This document shows, in pieces, positions 9,030-20,147 of a stretch of 30,172 nucleotides of DNA. The stretch comes from Macrostomum lignano (lineage: Eukaryota). Position numbers and translations under genes: made by a program. Within the stretch, counting starts at the first letter, position 1. Each line of letters starts with the position of its first letter. Under the pieces are notes generated by a model. That model had not been told where the DNA came from, did not search any database, and was given only the letters and a program-made list of their open reading frames with translations. The stretch lies in contig NIVC01004956.1 in NCBI GenBank assembly GCA_002269645.1, positions 1 through 30,172 of the forward strand, read 5' to 3'.

Positions 9030-11770
9030 CTTGCTGGGGGTACTTTCTATCAGGGGATGCTTGCTATCGGAAGGACGCTTGCTTTTGGGAATGCTTGCTC
9101 GGGGGAGATTGCTAACTGGGGGAATCACTGAGATGTCAAGGCTTGGTGGGGAAATTCCTGAGATGTCAAGTCTTAGAGGGGGGAGGGAATTGCTGAGATG
9201 TCAAGGCTTAGAGGGGGGAGGGAATTGCTGAGATGTCAAGGCTTAGAGGGGGGAGGGAATTGCTGAGATGTCAAGGCTTAGAGGGGGAGGGAATTGCTGA
9301 GATAGCAAGGCTTAACAGGGACTTGCTGAGATACCAAGGCTTGGTGGGGAAATTCCTGAGATGTCAAGTCTTGGTGGGGAAATTCCTGAGATGTCAAGTC
9401 TTGGGGGGGGGGAGAATTGCTGAGATGCCAAGGCTAAAGAGGGACTTGCTGAGATGCCAAGGCTTAAGAGGGACTTGCTGAGATGTCAAGGCTTAAGAGG
9501 GACTTGCTGAGATGCCAAGGCTTAAGAGGGACTTGCTGAGATGCCAAGGCTTAAGAGGGACTTGCTGAGATGCCAAGGCTTAAGAGGGACTTGCTGAGAT
9601 GCCAAGGCTTGGTGGGGAAATTCCTGAGATGTCAAGTCTTAGGGGGGGGAATTGCTGAGATGTCAAATGCTTAGAGGGACTTGCCGAGATGTCAAGACGT
9701 AAGACGGAATTGCTGAGATTTCAAGGCTTGGGGGGGAATTACTGAGATGCCAAGGCTTGAGGGCGAATTGCTGAGATGTGAAGGCTTGGGGGAATTTCCG
9801 AGATGTCAATGCTTGGTGGGGAAATTCCTGAGATGTCAAGTCTTAGAAGGGGGAAATCTGTGAGATATCAAGTCTAAGGGGGGAATTGCTAAGATGTGAA
9901 GGCTTGGGGGAATTTCTGAGATGTCAAAATCTTAGGGAAGGGAATTGCAGAGATTTCAAGTCTTGAGGGCGAATTGCTGAGATGTCATGTCTTTGGGGGG
10001 AATTCTATGGATTGGGGATTCTTTGAATGAGGGAGGGTGCTTCTAATATATATCTTTGGATAGTGATTCATTGGGGAATTCCTTCATTGGGGGATTACTA
10101 AATTGATGAAGGGTTCTTTGAATGGGGGATTCTTTAGCTGAAGGCTTCTTTCTATAGAGTGATCCTTTGTATATGAGATTATTTGGGGGGGATTCTTTAT
10201 GAGGGGATTCTTTGAATGGGGAGTATTTCGACGGTGGTTCTTTAGATGAGGGGATTCTTTGGCCAATGATTCTTTTGATGGGGGATTATTTGAATGGGAG
10301 ATTCTTAAGAGGGGGATTCTTTGGATAGGGGTGGATGGGGGATTCTTTGAATAGGGATGGATGGGGGTTCTTTGGATAGGGATGGATCTGGGGTTCTTTG
10401 GATAGGGATGGATGGGGGGTTCTTTGGATGAGGGATTCTTTGAACGGAGATTCTGTGGAGGTCAAGTCTTAGGGGGGGGGGATTGCTGAGATGTCAACGC
10501 TTTTGACTAGGAGAAATTGCTAAGATGTCAAGATTTACTAGGGGGAATTACTGAGATATAAAGACTTACTGGGTGAATTACTGAGATGTCATTGCTTAAT
10601 GGGAAATTCCTTAGATGTCAAGTCTTACAGAGGGGAATTGCTGAGATGGCAAGACTTACTTTGGAAATTACTGAGATATAAAGGCTTACTGGGGGAATTT
10701 CTGAGATGTCAAGGCGTGGGGGAATTTCTGAGATGTCAAGACTTGAGACGGGGAGAAATTGCTAAGATGTCAAGTCTTAGGGGGGGGTAATTACTGAGAT
10801 GTCAAGGCTTAAGGGTAATTTTTGAGATGTCAAGTCTTGGGGAGGGGAATTACTGAGATTTCAAGGCTTGGTAAGAATGATTCATTGGGAACTTCTTTCG
10901 ATGGGGGATTCTTTCGATGAAGGGTTCTTCCGATAAAGGGATCTTTTGGATTGGATTGGATTTGGATTGTTTGGACGGAGATTATTTGCATGAGGGGATT
11001 CTTTAGATGGGGGTTATTTGGATGGGTGTTCTGTAGATGAGGGGATTCTTTGGCCAAGGATTCTATTTGGATGGGAGATTCTTTGGATTCTTTGGATGGG
11101 GGGTTCTTTGGATTCTTTGGATGGGGTTTATGTTAATGGGGATTATTTGGATGTGGATTCTTTAGAGGGGGGTTTTCTGGAGGGGGATTCTTTGGATTCT
11201 TTGGATTGTGATTATTTGGACGGGGGCTCTTTAGATGAGGGGATTATTTTGTCAATGATTTTTTAGATAAGGGATGATTTGGATTTCAGAATCTTTGGAT
11301 TATTTAGATGGGGATTTTGTGGATGGGGATTATTTGGATGTCGATTATTTAGATGGGGATTCTTTGGATAGGGATGGATTTGAGATTCTTTGGATGGGGA
11401 TTCTGTGTATGGCGGATTCCTTGGATAGGAAATTCATTGGATGGGGATTCTTCGAATCAGGATTCTATCAATGGGGGGCTCTTTGAATGGAGGATTCTTT
11501 GGATATAGGATTCTTTGCATGTGAGATTCTATGGATGGGCGATTCATTGGATGGGGAATTCTTCAGATAGGAGGATTCCTTTAGTGGGGAATTGTGTGGA
11601 TTGTGTGGAGTGGGGAATTGAGTGGATTCTATCGATGGAGGTTCTTTAGATGGCAGATTCTTTGGATAGTGAATTCTTTGCATGTGAGATTCTTTGCATC
11701 AGAGATTTTATAGATGGGGGATTTTTTGGATGAGGGATTCTTTGGATGTGGGATTCAGTGGGGTGAAATT
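9030..11770. repeat. Composite G/T-rich minisatellite: alternating blocks of motif A (GGGGAATTGCTGAGATGTCAAGGCTT, 28-35 nt) and motif B (GGGGATTCTTTGGAT, ~15 nt)
   Basis: Motif A at ~9100-10000 and ~10455-10870; motif B at ~10000-10455 and ~10870-11770. Six near-perfect 29-nt units at ~9430-9610. Strongly C-poor on the + strand. Confidence 0.95.
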
Positions 11771-12433
11771 TTATTGCGTAGGAAAACTGTGATTGGAGTT
11801 TGGACGGAAAGCCCCAACGGGGGTTGGAATTGGCTAGTATGATTCTATAAGGTGCACATGCCCACCCACTAAGTGTTCATACACATTATCGGACTTCTTC
11901 AAGTTTATGTTGATAAAATACTTCCGATTTTTTGATTTTTCTGAAACTTGTGGTGGAGACTTATAGGGCACCCAAAATTACAAAAATGCAAAAAAAGTGT
12001 AGAATGTTACCTGTACGGTTGATGCAATGATGATTTACTTGATTCCCTATTCTCTTAATGAGGTTCGGTAAGAAAAAGTTTCTACAAATACATTTTTGAA
12101 AGTGTATCCATTTGACTTTTAATTTTATGGCACATGTGCTAGAACTTCATTAGGCCAATTAAAGATGAATATTAATATCTACAAATTAATATGCAAATGT
12201 TTTTTATGTTTGCAGATTATAGTTTTTCAATTCAAACGTTCAAAACTCGCACTTGTATTTTGCACCTCAAAACCAACTACTGTACAAGGCTAGATTACTA
12301 ATTCTATTGTATTAAGGCAGTAACAACACTTAATTTCGGTAAGCAAATTCATTTAGATAAAGTTATGTTGATTCAAGTTTATGTTGATATAATTAAACAG
12401 AGATTCATTATCAAATAAATTCCAACTTGTTTC

Positions 12434-12750
12434 AACCCCCCCTATTAGAATTGGAATTTATCAACACAATCTTGAATAGGTCTCTATGCCTCTATTCAAG
12501 TTTATGTTGATAAAATCAATCCCTATAAAGAATCTCCCCACCCTAAAAACCCCCCATTCCCCATGTCCCGGTGGTTGGTTTTAAGCTACAACCCCCCCCC
12601 CCCTATTAGAATTGGAATTTATCAGCACAATCTTGAATAGGTCTCTATGCCTCTATTCAAGTTTATGTTGATAAAATCAATCCCCATGAAGAATCTCCCC
12701 ACCCTAAAACCCCCCATTCCCCATGCCCCGGTGGTTGGTTTTAAGCTACA
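12434..12750. repeat. Tandem duplication of a ~158-bp unit within a probable DNA-transposon remnant (~11850-12990)
   Basis: 12434-12590 and 12591-12750 are near-identical. TCAAGTTTATGTTGATA recurs four times between 11890 and 12680. Confidence 0.85.
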
Positions 12751-13119
12751 TATAATTGGGTTAAAGCTACCTAAAAATGGAGTTCAAATTTGAAATCAGC
12801 ACCATCAAAAACCCCTATAGAGACAAAATTATGATCCTATCCAAATTGAAACTATTTTATCAACATAAACTTGAAGAAGTCCACATTATCTTCTTAGGAG
12901 TGATGCATGCCAACTGTTCACACATACTTTTGGCATGCAAGGCCAATGCAAGCCTAATTTTTTGCATGCTATATTATCAAGAGTGAGGACTACATTAGCT
13001 AGGTCCTTGCTATATTTGGACATTTGTGAAAAAATGAAAACTTATAATAAATAAGTTCTAAAAATAAAAAATGCTTTTTAACCAAAAATTTTTTTATATG
13101 AATGCAATTTTAGACCTAC

Positions 13120-13239
13120 CTTTGCTTCTGTTAGAATTTCTAACATGGTAGAAAATTTAGTACTTAGATCAGGCACAATATCAGGCCTCTTCCTTTCCAT
13201 ATTTTGAAAGGCTACACCACACACCGTTTCAAGAGCCAT
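13120..13239 (-). CDS. PSMB5: Proteasome subunit beta type-5, exon 1 (propeptide N-terminus)
   Basis: ATG at 13239; MALETVCGVAFQNMERKRPDIVPDLSTKFSTMLEILTEAK, then AAG|gtaggt in phase 0, matching the exon 2 phase. MALxxVCG resembles invertebrate beta5 propeptide starts. It gives a 62-aa propeptide, a 205-aa mature chain and a 10.7-kb intron 1. Confidence 0.8.
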
Positions 13240-14989
13240 TTTAGATTAAGGACACTAACTACTTATTAGTACTTGATGCTACTAATAACAAGATCACTGC
13301 TACAGTGCTACTACTTAAATATTTTAACTGTGCTTCAATTAAAATTCAGACTTTACAGCAGACTGACTGCGACTGCGAAAGCATTTGTCTTTCTTACAAA
13401 TTTATTACTGTGCAAAAAAGCAAAATAACAAAATGCTGCACTTAATAATAAAAATACTATTTTCTGGGTTACTTTTATAACTTCTGCGATATTTAGTGCC
13501 AAAAATGTTTAAAGTCAAGTTTAAGTTTGTTTTACGCATGACATAAAAGTTTGATCTTCTAATTTTCCATGAAGTAATCAAGAAGCAATTGTCTAGCCCG
13601 TAAATGGGTGCTACCGTGCTTGCTTCACTTCTTTTTACTAGCATCATAGCATGACAACATCATAAAGTAAAATCGCTGCTCATCGCTGCTCATGGCCTAC
13701 TGGTTTGCAGCAAAGACGCCTTTTGACCAACAAAAGGAACCGCGCTTGAGTTGGTCTATCTGTAAAAGAGACTGCTTTACTTCTGCTCTGCTTACTCTGC
13801 TTTACTTTTTGTAATCCGCTGGGCCTGGGCGCACTTCCACAGTTTTAATGAAATTTTTATCGTAGAGCCCAGATTAAATTGCTTGAATTTATTTTCACAG
13901 CATGGGGACACTAGTAATTAATGCCAATGGCAACAAAATCAGAAAGTTTTGAAATAAATAAAAACTACACTATTGATATGTGAAAATAGCTAATTAAAAT
14001 GGCTAGGTACACTTGTTAAAATCAGTTCAAATTGTTTATATAAAATTAATTGTAATTTTCCATAGAAACTTGAAATTTTTTCCAAGATTAAATTATGCTT
14101 CAACTATACTTAAGCACCATAGTCTGGAAGGTGGCCTTTATGCCAGAAAATTCTAGCATATTGTTGCCCTTGTTAACAATTTTGGCATACATTTGGCATA
14201 TAGAATTTTTAGGTTCAACATTAAGTATACATACTTGGCATACAAAAAATGGCATATTTAGTGAATATGGATATAGTATAGTTAAATATCAACCAAGGAA
14301 AGCTCTCTTCAAAATAATTGGAAACAAAGAAAATAAAGATGTTATGTATAACTACAAGGAGAACAAAAATAAAATAAAGAATAATAGTTTCTAGCAGATA
14401 ACAGAGCCTTTAAGTTTAGTAAAACTTTTATTTCTAAAAAATCTTCCCTTTAAAATTGGCATATAGCCTAAGCAACTCTATGCTTGGTATAATTTTTTTT
14501 AATTCAATATTGGCAGTAAAAATAGAATTATCATTCCAGCATATATCTGCTATGATCCAGACTATGGCTTAAGCATTAGGGTTGCAATTTATAAATACTT
14601 AGCATTTGTTCAGTTCTAAGTGTTAGTCTTTTGTTATAATTCTATAATAATGGCACTTTCAACTATAGAACCATTTAAAATTTGCACTTTTATAATAGTA
14701 TAGCAAGAATCTAGGATATTTCTCTATGGTATTAACTGGCTATAACTGCTTGAAATAGATTACTACATGAGTTTTATGATTCCAATCAGGCATATTATCT
14801 ATATTTATAGTTAGTTTTAAATAGTTTATTCTGCTAAAATAGGTTTCCAATATGTAAACTGAATTTGGAGCTAATAATTGAATTGATTTATTAATTACAT
14901 ACTCATCATTTGGCTACCTTTCCAGTCCTGTTGCTGCACATATTTAGACAGGATATTTTGAATTGAAATTCCTTAGGATTGATAAAAAA
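13240..14989. promoter_or_regulatory. Head-to-head intergenic region between PSMB5 and the ceramide synthase (candidate bidirectional promoter)
   Basis: Divergent start codons are 1.75 kb apart, with a GC-richer patch at ~13640-13850. TSSs cannot be identified from sequence. Confidence 0.35.
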
Positions 14990-15232
14990 ATGCATGCAAA
15001 CAGAAAGATGGCCATACCGCAGAGTTATTATGAGCAGCCAAGCTTTCTAGAATTCTTCCAGCGAGCTGCAATATCACTGAACGAGCTCTGCTTCAAGACA
15101 GACAAACCATTCGATTTCACCTTTGTTTTGAGCATGATTCAGTCTGTGAAATTGATTGACATTTTTACTGTGTTCTGTGTTGCATTCCTGTTTACTGGAC
15201 TGAGGTTTCTAATGACCAGATTTGTGTCTGTG
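14990..15232 (+). CDS. CERS1: Ceramide synthase (CerS1/LAG1-type TLC domain, no homeobox), exon 1
   Basis: ATG 14990 (or 15008). EQPSFLEFFQR resembles the CerS1 N-terminus; a TM helix ends TGLRFLMTRFVSV; donor GTG|gtaagt, phase 0. Confidence 0.8.
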
Positions 15233-15588
15233 GTAAGTGATTGTTAGTTTTATGTATTGTTAACTATATTATTATTAGGATTTTCATTTTTATGCAGCCA
15301 GGTTGTTCACCTGGCGCAACGCCAATGCCCACAGCCAGCGCTAGGGCGATTCTGGCCATTCCACAGACTCCTGAGCACATTCAAGCATGCCAATGCTGTA
15401 CGCAGGCACACTCTCATGCACACGTGCACTCTGTGTGCCTTGGGGATTTGGCCCTTAGGTGAAAATTGCACTTATAATTTTTTCGAAAAGCAGAATCGAG
15501 CGTAGGGGATCGTAGTTCTGTGTCCAAATTTGTTATATGAAATTATAATTATTATTGAAATCCTATGTATTTTAACTTGCAACTACAG

Positions 15589-15766
15589 CCATTAGCCAAT
15601 GCACTTCAAGTGGCGGCTGAGCATAGACCGAAGTGGCCCGAGTCTGTTTGGAAACTGCTCATTTACTCTGGCCTATGGCTGCAGTCTCTCTACGTTGTGG
15701 TGCTCTGTGGAAAGTACGACTTTTTGCAGAATCCGTTGGATATTTTTAAAGACTGTGTATTTGGGG
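15589..15766 (+). CDS. CERS1: Ceramide synthase exon 2
   Basis: actacag|CCA; PLANALQV...KWPESVWKLLIYSGLW (CerS1-type K.PES.WK); donor G|gtaagt, phase 1. Confidence 0.92.
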
Positions 15767-15839
15767 GTAAGTGTGCGAACCTCTGTGCAATTTGAGAAAA
15801 TAAAGAATTGATAAAATTTACATCCTTCTTTATGGCCAG

Positions 15840-16020
15840 ATGCCCAGCTGAAGCAGGCGGTGCCAAGCGACATCTATTGGATGTACATGCTGCAGCTTGG
15901 CTTCTATGTGCACTCTATTATTGGCACATTGTACATGGATATGTGGCGCAAGGACTCTGTTATGATGCTGCTGCATCACGGGCTTACCATCTTTCTACTG
16001 GAGTTTTCTTTCTTAGTTAG
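15840..16020 (+). CDS. CERS1: Ceramide synthase exon 3 (Lag1p motif start)
   Basis: ccag|AT; VPSDIYWMYMLQLGFYVHSIIGTLYMDMWRKDSVMMLLHHGLT with the conserved HH; donor AG|gtgaat, phase 2. Confidence 0.95.
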
Positions 16021-16175
16021 GTGAATGAACTATTATTTGCTTCAGGAGCTGTGTCATTGGGTTATTGTGTCAATAGGGTAGAGTTTGCAGGGATGAGGTG
16101 CGTGTCGAGAGCGCCAGTGAAATGACTGTGGCCTCTGGAGGATTGGGGTACGTAGACAGGGAAGGAGGTGGGCAT

Positions 16176-16491
16176 TGAGAGGGGCAGGGAGTGAGGTGGG
16201 TGTCGAGAGGGGCAGGGAGTGGGGTGAGATGTTGAGACGGGCAGGGAGTGAGGTGGGGTGTTGAGAGGGGCAGGGAGTGAGGTGGGGTGTTGAGAGGGGC
16301 AGGGAGTGAGATGGGGTGTTTAGAGGGGCAGGGAGTGAGGTGGGGTGTTGAGAGGGGCAGGGAGTGAGGCGGGGTGTTGAGAGGGGCAGGGAGTGAGGTG
16401 GGTGTTGAGAAAGGCAGGGAGTGAGGTGGGTGTTGAGAAAGGCAGGGAGTGAGGTGGGGTGTTTAGAGGGGCAGGGAGTGAGGTGAGGTGT
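16176..16491. repeat. 29-bp G-rich minisatellite (GAGAGGGGCAGGGAGTGAGGTGGGGTGTT), ~11 copies, in CerS intron 3
   Basis: Tandem units visible; three runs of G>=3 per unit on the sense strand. Confidence 0.95.
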
Positions 16492-16579
16492 AAATTAAAT
16501 CAGTGCGGTAAAGAGGAGCGGGACAACAAATATGTATACAGCCATTTATCCCTGTTTCAAATTATCAATAATGAATCAG

Positions 16580-16741
16580 GTACCACAAAATCGGCGCACT
16601 CGTACTGCTGCTGCACGACCTAAGCGACATCCTGCTGGAGTTCACTAAAGTGCAAGTGTACTTAAAAGATCGGGCCAAGCAGCAGTGGCAGCTGAACGAA
16701 TGGATGGCCAATATTGGATTTGTCATTTTCAGCATCAGCTG
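16580..16741 (+). CDS. CERS1: Ceramide synthase exon 4 (Lag1p motif end)
   Basis: atcag|G; RYHKIGALVLLLHDLSDILLEFTK with the conserved HDxSD; donor TG|gttagc, phase 2. Confidence 0.95.
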
Positions 16742-16833
16742 GTTAGCAAACTTGTTCACATTGGTTGTTTACTAGAAGTGTATCTATTGATTATCTCTAC
16801 TTTTGTATTATTTTTCACCTGACAACAATTTAG

Positions 16834-16987
16834 GGCCTGGTTCCGACTCTACTGGTACCCGTTGAAGGTGCTGTACACCAGCACGTGGGGCATCTACATT
16901 CATCACAGGCATAACGATCACAAATTGGTGCTTTTCTTTAACTGCATGCTGATTGCGCTGCAGATGCTTCACATCTACTGGTTTTAT
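16834..16987 (+). CDS. CERS1: Ceramide synthase exon 5
   Basis: tttag|G; WAWFRLYWYPLKVLYTS...FFNCMLIALQMLHIYWFY; donor TAT|gtgagt, phase 0. Confidence 0.95.
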
Positions 16988-17003
16988 GTGAGTGTCTGCT
17001 TTT

Positions 17004-17746
17004 TTATCCCAGCATGAGGAGAATCTTATCCCAGTCTGAGGAGAATCTTATCCCAGCCTGGGGAGAATCTCATCCAAGTCTGAGGAGAATCTTATCTCAG
17101 TCTGAGGAATATCTTATTCCAGCCTGAGGAGAATCTTATCTCAGTCTGAGGAGAATCTTATCCCAGCCTGAGGAGAATCTCATCCCAGTCTGGGGAGAAT
17201 CTTATCCCAGCCTGAGGAGAATCTTATCCCAGCCTGAGGAGAATCTTATCTTAGTCTGAGGAGAATCTTATCCCAGCCTGAGGAGAATCTCATCCCAGTC
17301 TGGGGAGAATCTTATCCCAGCCTGAGGAGAATCTTATCCCAGCCTGAGGAGAATCTTATCTTAGTCTGAGGAGAATCTTATCCCAGCCTGAGGAGAATCT
17401 CATCCCAGTCTAGGGAGAATCTTATCCCAGTCTGAGGAATATCTTATTCCAGCCTGAGGAGAATCTTATCTCAGTCTGAGGAGAATCTTATCCCAGTCTG
17501 GGGAGAATCTTATCCCAGCCTGAGGAGAATCTTATCTCAGTCTGAGGAGAATCTCATCCCAGTCTAGGGAGAATCTTATCCCAGTCTAGGGAGAATCTTA
17601 TCCCAGTCTGAGGAAAATCTTATTCCAGCCTGAGGAGAATCTTATCTCAGTCTGAGAAGAATCTTATCCCAGTCTGGGGAGAATCTTATCCCAGCCTGAG
17701 GAGAATCTCATCCCAGCCTGAGGAAAATCTTATCTCAGTCTGAGGA
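17004..17746. repeat. 22-bp minisatellite (TCCCAGCCTGAGGAGAATCTTA), ~34 copies, filling CerS intron 5
   Basis: Tandem units visible; an identical 110-bp pentamer occurs at 17161-17270 and 17271-17380. Confidence 0.97.
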
Positions 17747-17772
17747 CAAAATCCTTGAAACCTTGGTTGCAG

Positions 17773-17892
17773 TTCATCATTCTGCTGCTGATTCGAGTAG
17801 CCACAGGTCGCCAGAGCGAGATTGAGGACACTCGGGAATTTGAGGAGGAAACAACAAAGAACGCCAATAATGGCCGTCCGCATGATGATTGA
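17773..17892 (+). CDS. CERS1: Ceramide synthase exon 6 (terminal)
   Basis: ttgcag|TTC; FIILLLIRVATGRQSEIEDTREFEEE (CerS D.RE tail); TGA at 17890-17892. Joined CDS is 1038 nt, 345 aa, with no frameshift. Confidence 0.92.
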   Translation, partial: FIILLLIRVATGRQSEIEDTREFEEETTKNANNGRPHDD

Positions 17893-19876
17893 TTTTTTAA
17901 TGTTTTTTACGTGCTGTTAAATTGGCTTTTAAATAATTACATAAGCTATTTGTATTTGCATAGCTCCTTAATGAGTAGCAAGCATCTTGTCGAGTATGAT
18001 TTGTTGATTTATAAATTGATATTGTAATTGATTAATTTTAACTTTATTAGCTAGCGTGACTGACATTATTATTCATTAAAAGTTTTCTTGCCAAAGCAAA
18101 TGATGTGACATTAAATTTTTGTATTTTTAATCGTATAATTCATATTCATTATACGAGTATATAGTTTTACTTGATAAAACCCAACTCAATGCATATCGGC
18201 TTGGCTAAGTACTTTGCTATCCAACCCACCTCATTCCCTGCCCCACACAGCCAGTCCGCACACTTACGCGTATTGCCTAAGCTATGTACTTTGTTCTATT
18301 TTTAGACTTTGCCCCTCGCTCTTGTGACTTTCTAACCCCGGTGGGCCTTAAGCCCATCGGCGTTATCTACAAAGCTTTAGACGCAGCAAAGTACATAGTG
18401 TCTATTTTTGACTTGTACGTCTTACGGGAATGTACATTCATTCTATTAATAGATTATTGTTGTTATTGCCCCCCAAACCGTCCTTATATTAGAAAAAATC
18501 CTTTCTTTAGCCAAGGCGTTAAGTCTAACTACGCTCGTCATGTTTTAAAGTCGATATTTTCTCACAAAGATTTTAGTATGCAATATCTATCGCTAATGCC
18601 GAGATATTTTTAAAATATTTTTTCTCAGAGAAGTCAACAATTTTCTGTAATTTAGTTACTGCATTCCTAATTATCTTATTATGAAGCACTTTTTGAAAAA
18701 GAATTATTATTAATTACATAGATAATTCCTAAGTATTTCAATATTTTTATTTTTTTAACCTGAAAATTATAGACCTAATTCTGTATTACGATAATTAGAC
18801 ACTATTTAGCACCTTCAACATTTCCCCAGGTACCAAATAAGCATCCCTTCTTTCGTATTATTTCCTTAATATCTGCTCTTTTTGATTAATTAATGCTTTC
18901 AAATTGCCGCCATTCTGACGCTACAATGCAGCAAGCACTTCCACATTGGACACAATTTATTGCAATTTTTGTTGTTGATTTGTTGTGCTAATTTTTTTAG
19001 TGATTTGTCGTAATTTCTTTTACGGTTATATTTCTATCGTCTTGTTATAGTCGTCGTTTTTATTCATTTTACACTTTGATTTGCAATGTTTTAAGTATCC
19101 TAAAAGCTTTTACAATTCATGGCCTCTGTTTTAGTACGGATTAGTTAGTTTATGTGATTTCAAAAATCAAGTGCAATATTAAATATTTTTCAGGATGCGC
19201 CTGACAATGCTATGCTTACATTTTCTTTTCGTTGTGGTACATTTTTATGTACAGTATTGATAACTTCTGTACCCTTTTAAGCTATCTTTTTAAGTTACTG
19301 TTTTGATTCTGTGTCTGACCACAATCTAGTTATTTTTTCTTAAGTTTGTGCCTTCCATTTCTTAACTTCTACTATTACTTTTAAAGTCATTATTTGTATT
19401 GGCGCGTGCAGCAGCGGGTGTTGATAAAACTCCTATTGGCTTGATTGCCAACCAAGCTTGATCGGCGCACCCAATATTGATTATCATGACACGGCAAAGT
19501 ATTTTAATTCTGTTGATCTTTGCTGGAACCGTATTTTTCTTTAAATTTTCATATAGTTCACTTTCCATGCACAGGTACTCAGTTCTGAATGATAACAGAG
19601 CTTCTGTGTCCCTTGGAGATCCAATTTCCAGCTGGCATATCTGGGGCTCAAAATTCTGTTTTCAGATTTCCACTACAAAGCACTGTAGCTTAGGCTCTGT
19701 TAGCAAAAATTCGGTCAATCAACCAATCACGATTTTAAAAAGTGTAATCATGAACAACTGAAGTAGGACCGCTACTCCAACTTCTAGCATAGGCATCCTT
19801 GGTTGCTTTGGAGAAGTCGGATTTTCATGAACTAATTTGTCTATGGCACTTGGTGCACTAGTTGTACGACACAGGG

Positions 19877-20147
19877 CCTGTCAACTGAAGCTCATAAAGT
19901 GGAGCCCGAGCACAGATTCTATAAACTGTGAGCCCGAGTAACCTATGTACACAAATGACGCGTCATTCTGCTCACAGTGACACCAGGAGCTGGATTTGGG
20001 AAAAAAATTACAAAAATTGAACCTGGGATAGGAGAGAACAAGCAAGAGAATAATTAGGGACTATTATGTAAGCTTAAGCTCAAGGTGGAGTCCCTAATTG
20101 TCCCCTCATTGAGCAGAATGACTCATCAATGAGCTTAAGTTGACAGG
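19877..20147. mobile_element. Small foldback/MITE-like element with nested inverted repeats
   Basis: CCTGTCAACTGAAGCTCAT (19877) vs ATGAGCTTAAGTTGACAGG (20129), 18/19 inverted match. Inner pairs GTCATTCTGCTCA/TGAGCAGAATGAC and AATTAGGGACT/AGTCCCTAATT. No TSD seen. Confidence 0.5.

Noticed and set aside
9031-11683. Many 60-80 aa ORFs on both strands (e.g. the D/G/L-rich 11018-11266)
   Set aside because: They are translations of the minisatellite, with no splice signals or codon bias and frequent frame changes.
6042-16491. Three G-rich arrays all with ~29-nt units
   Set aside because: The unit sequences are not alignable, and a shared length among three arrays does not support a common mechanism.
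18347-19450. KPIGV peptide shared by ORFs 18284+ and 19362-
   Set aside because: Only five residues with no similarity on either side; consistent with chance.
19477-19761. 94-aa ORF with a hydrophobic N-terminus (MTRQSILILLIFAGTVFFF)
   Set aside because: AT-rich, no host codon bias, no recognisable domain and no convincing splice continuation; hydrophobic starts arise readily in T-rich DNA.
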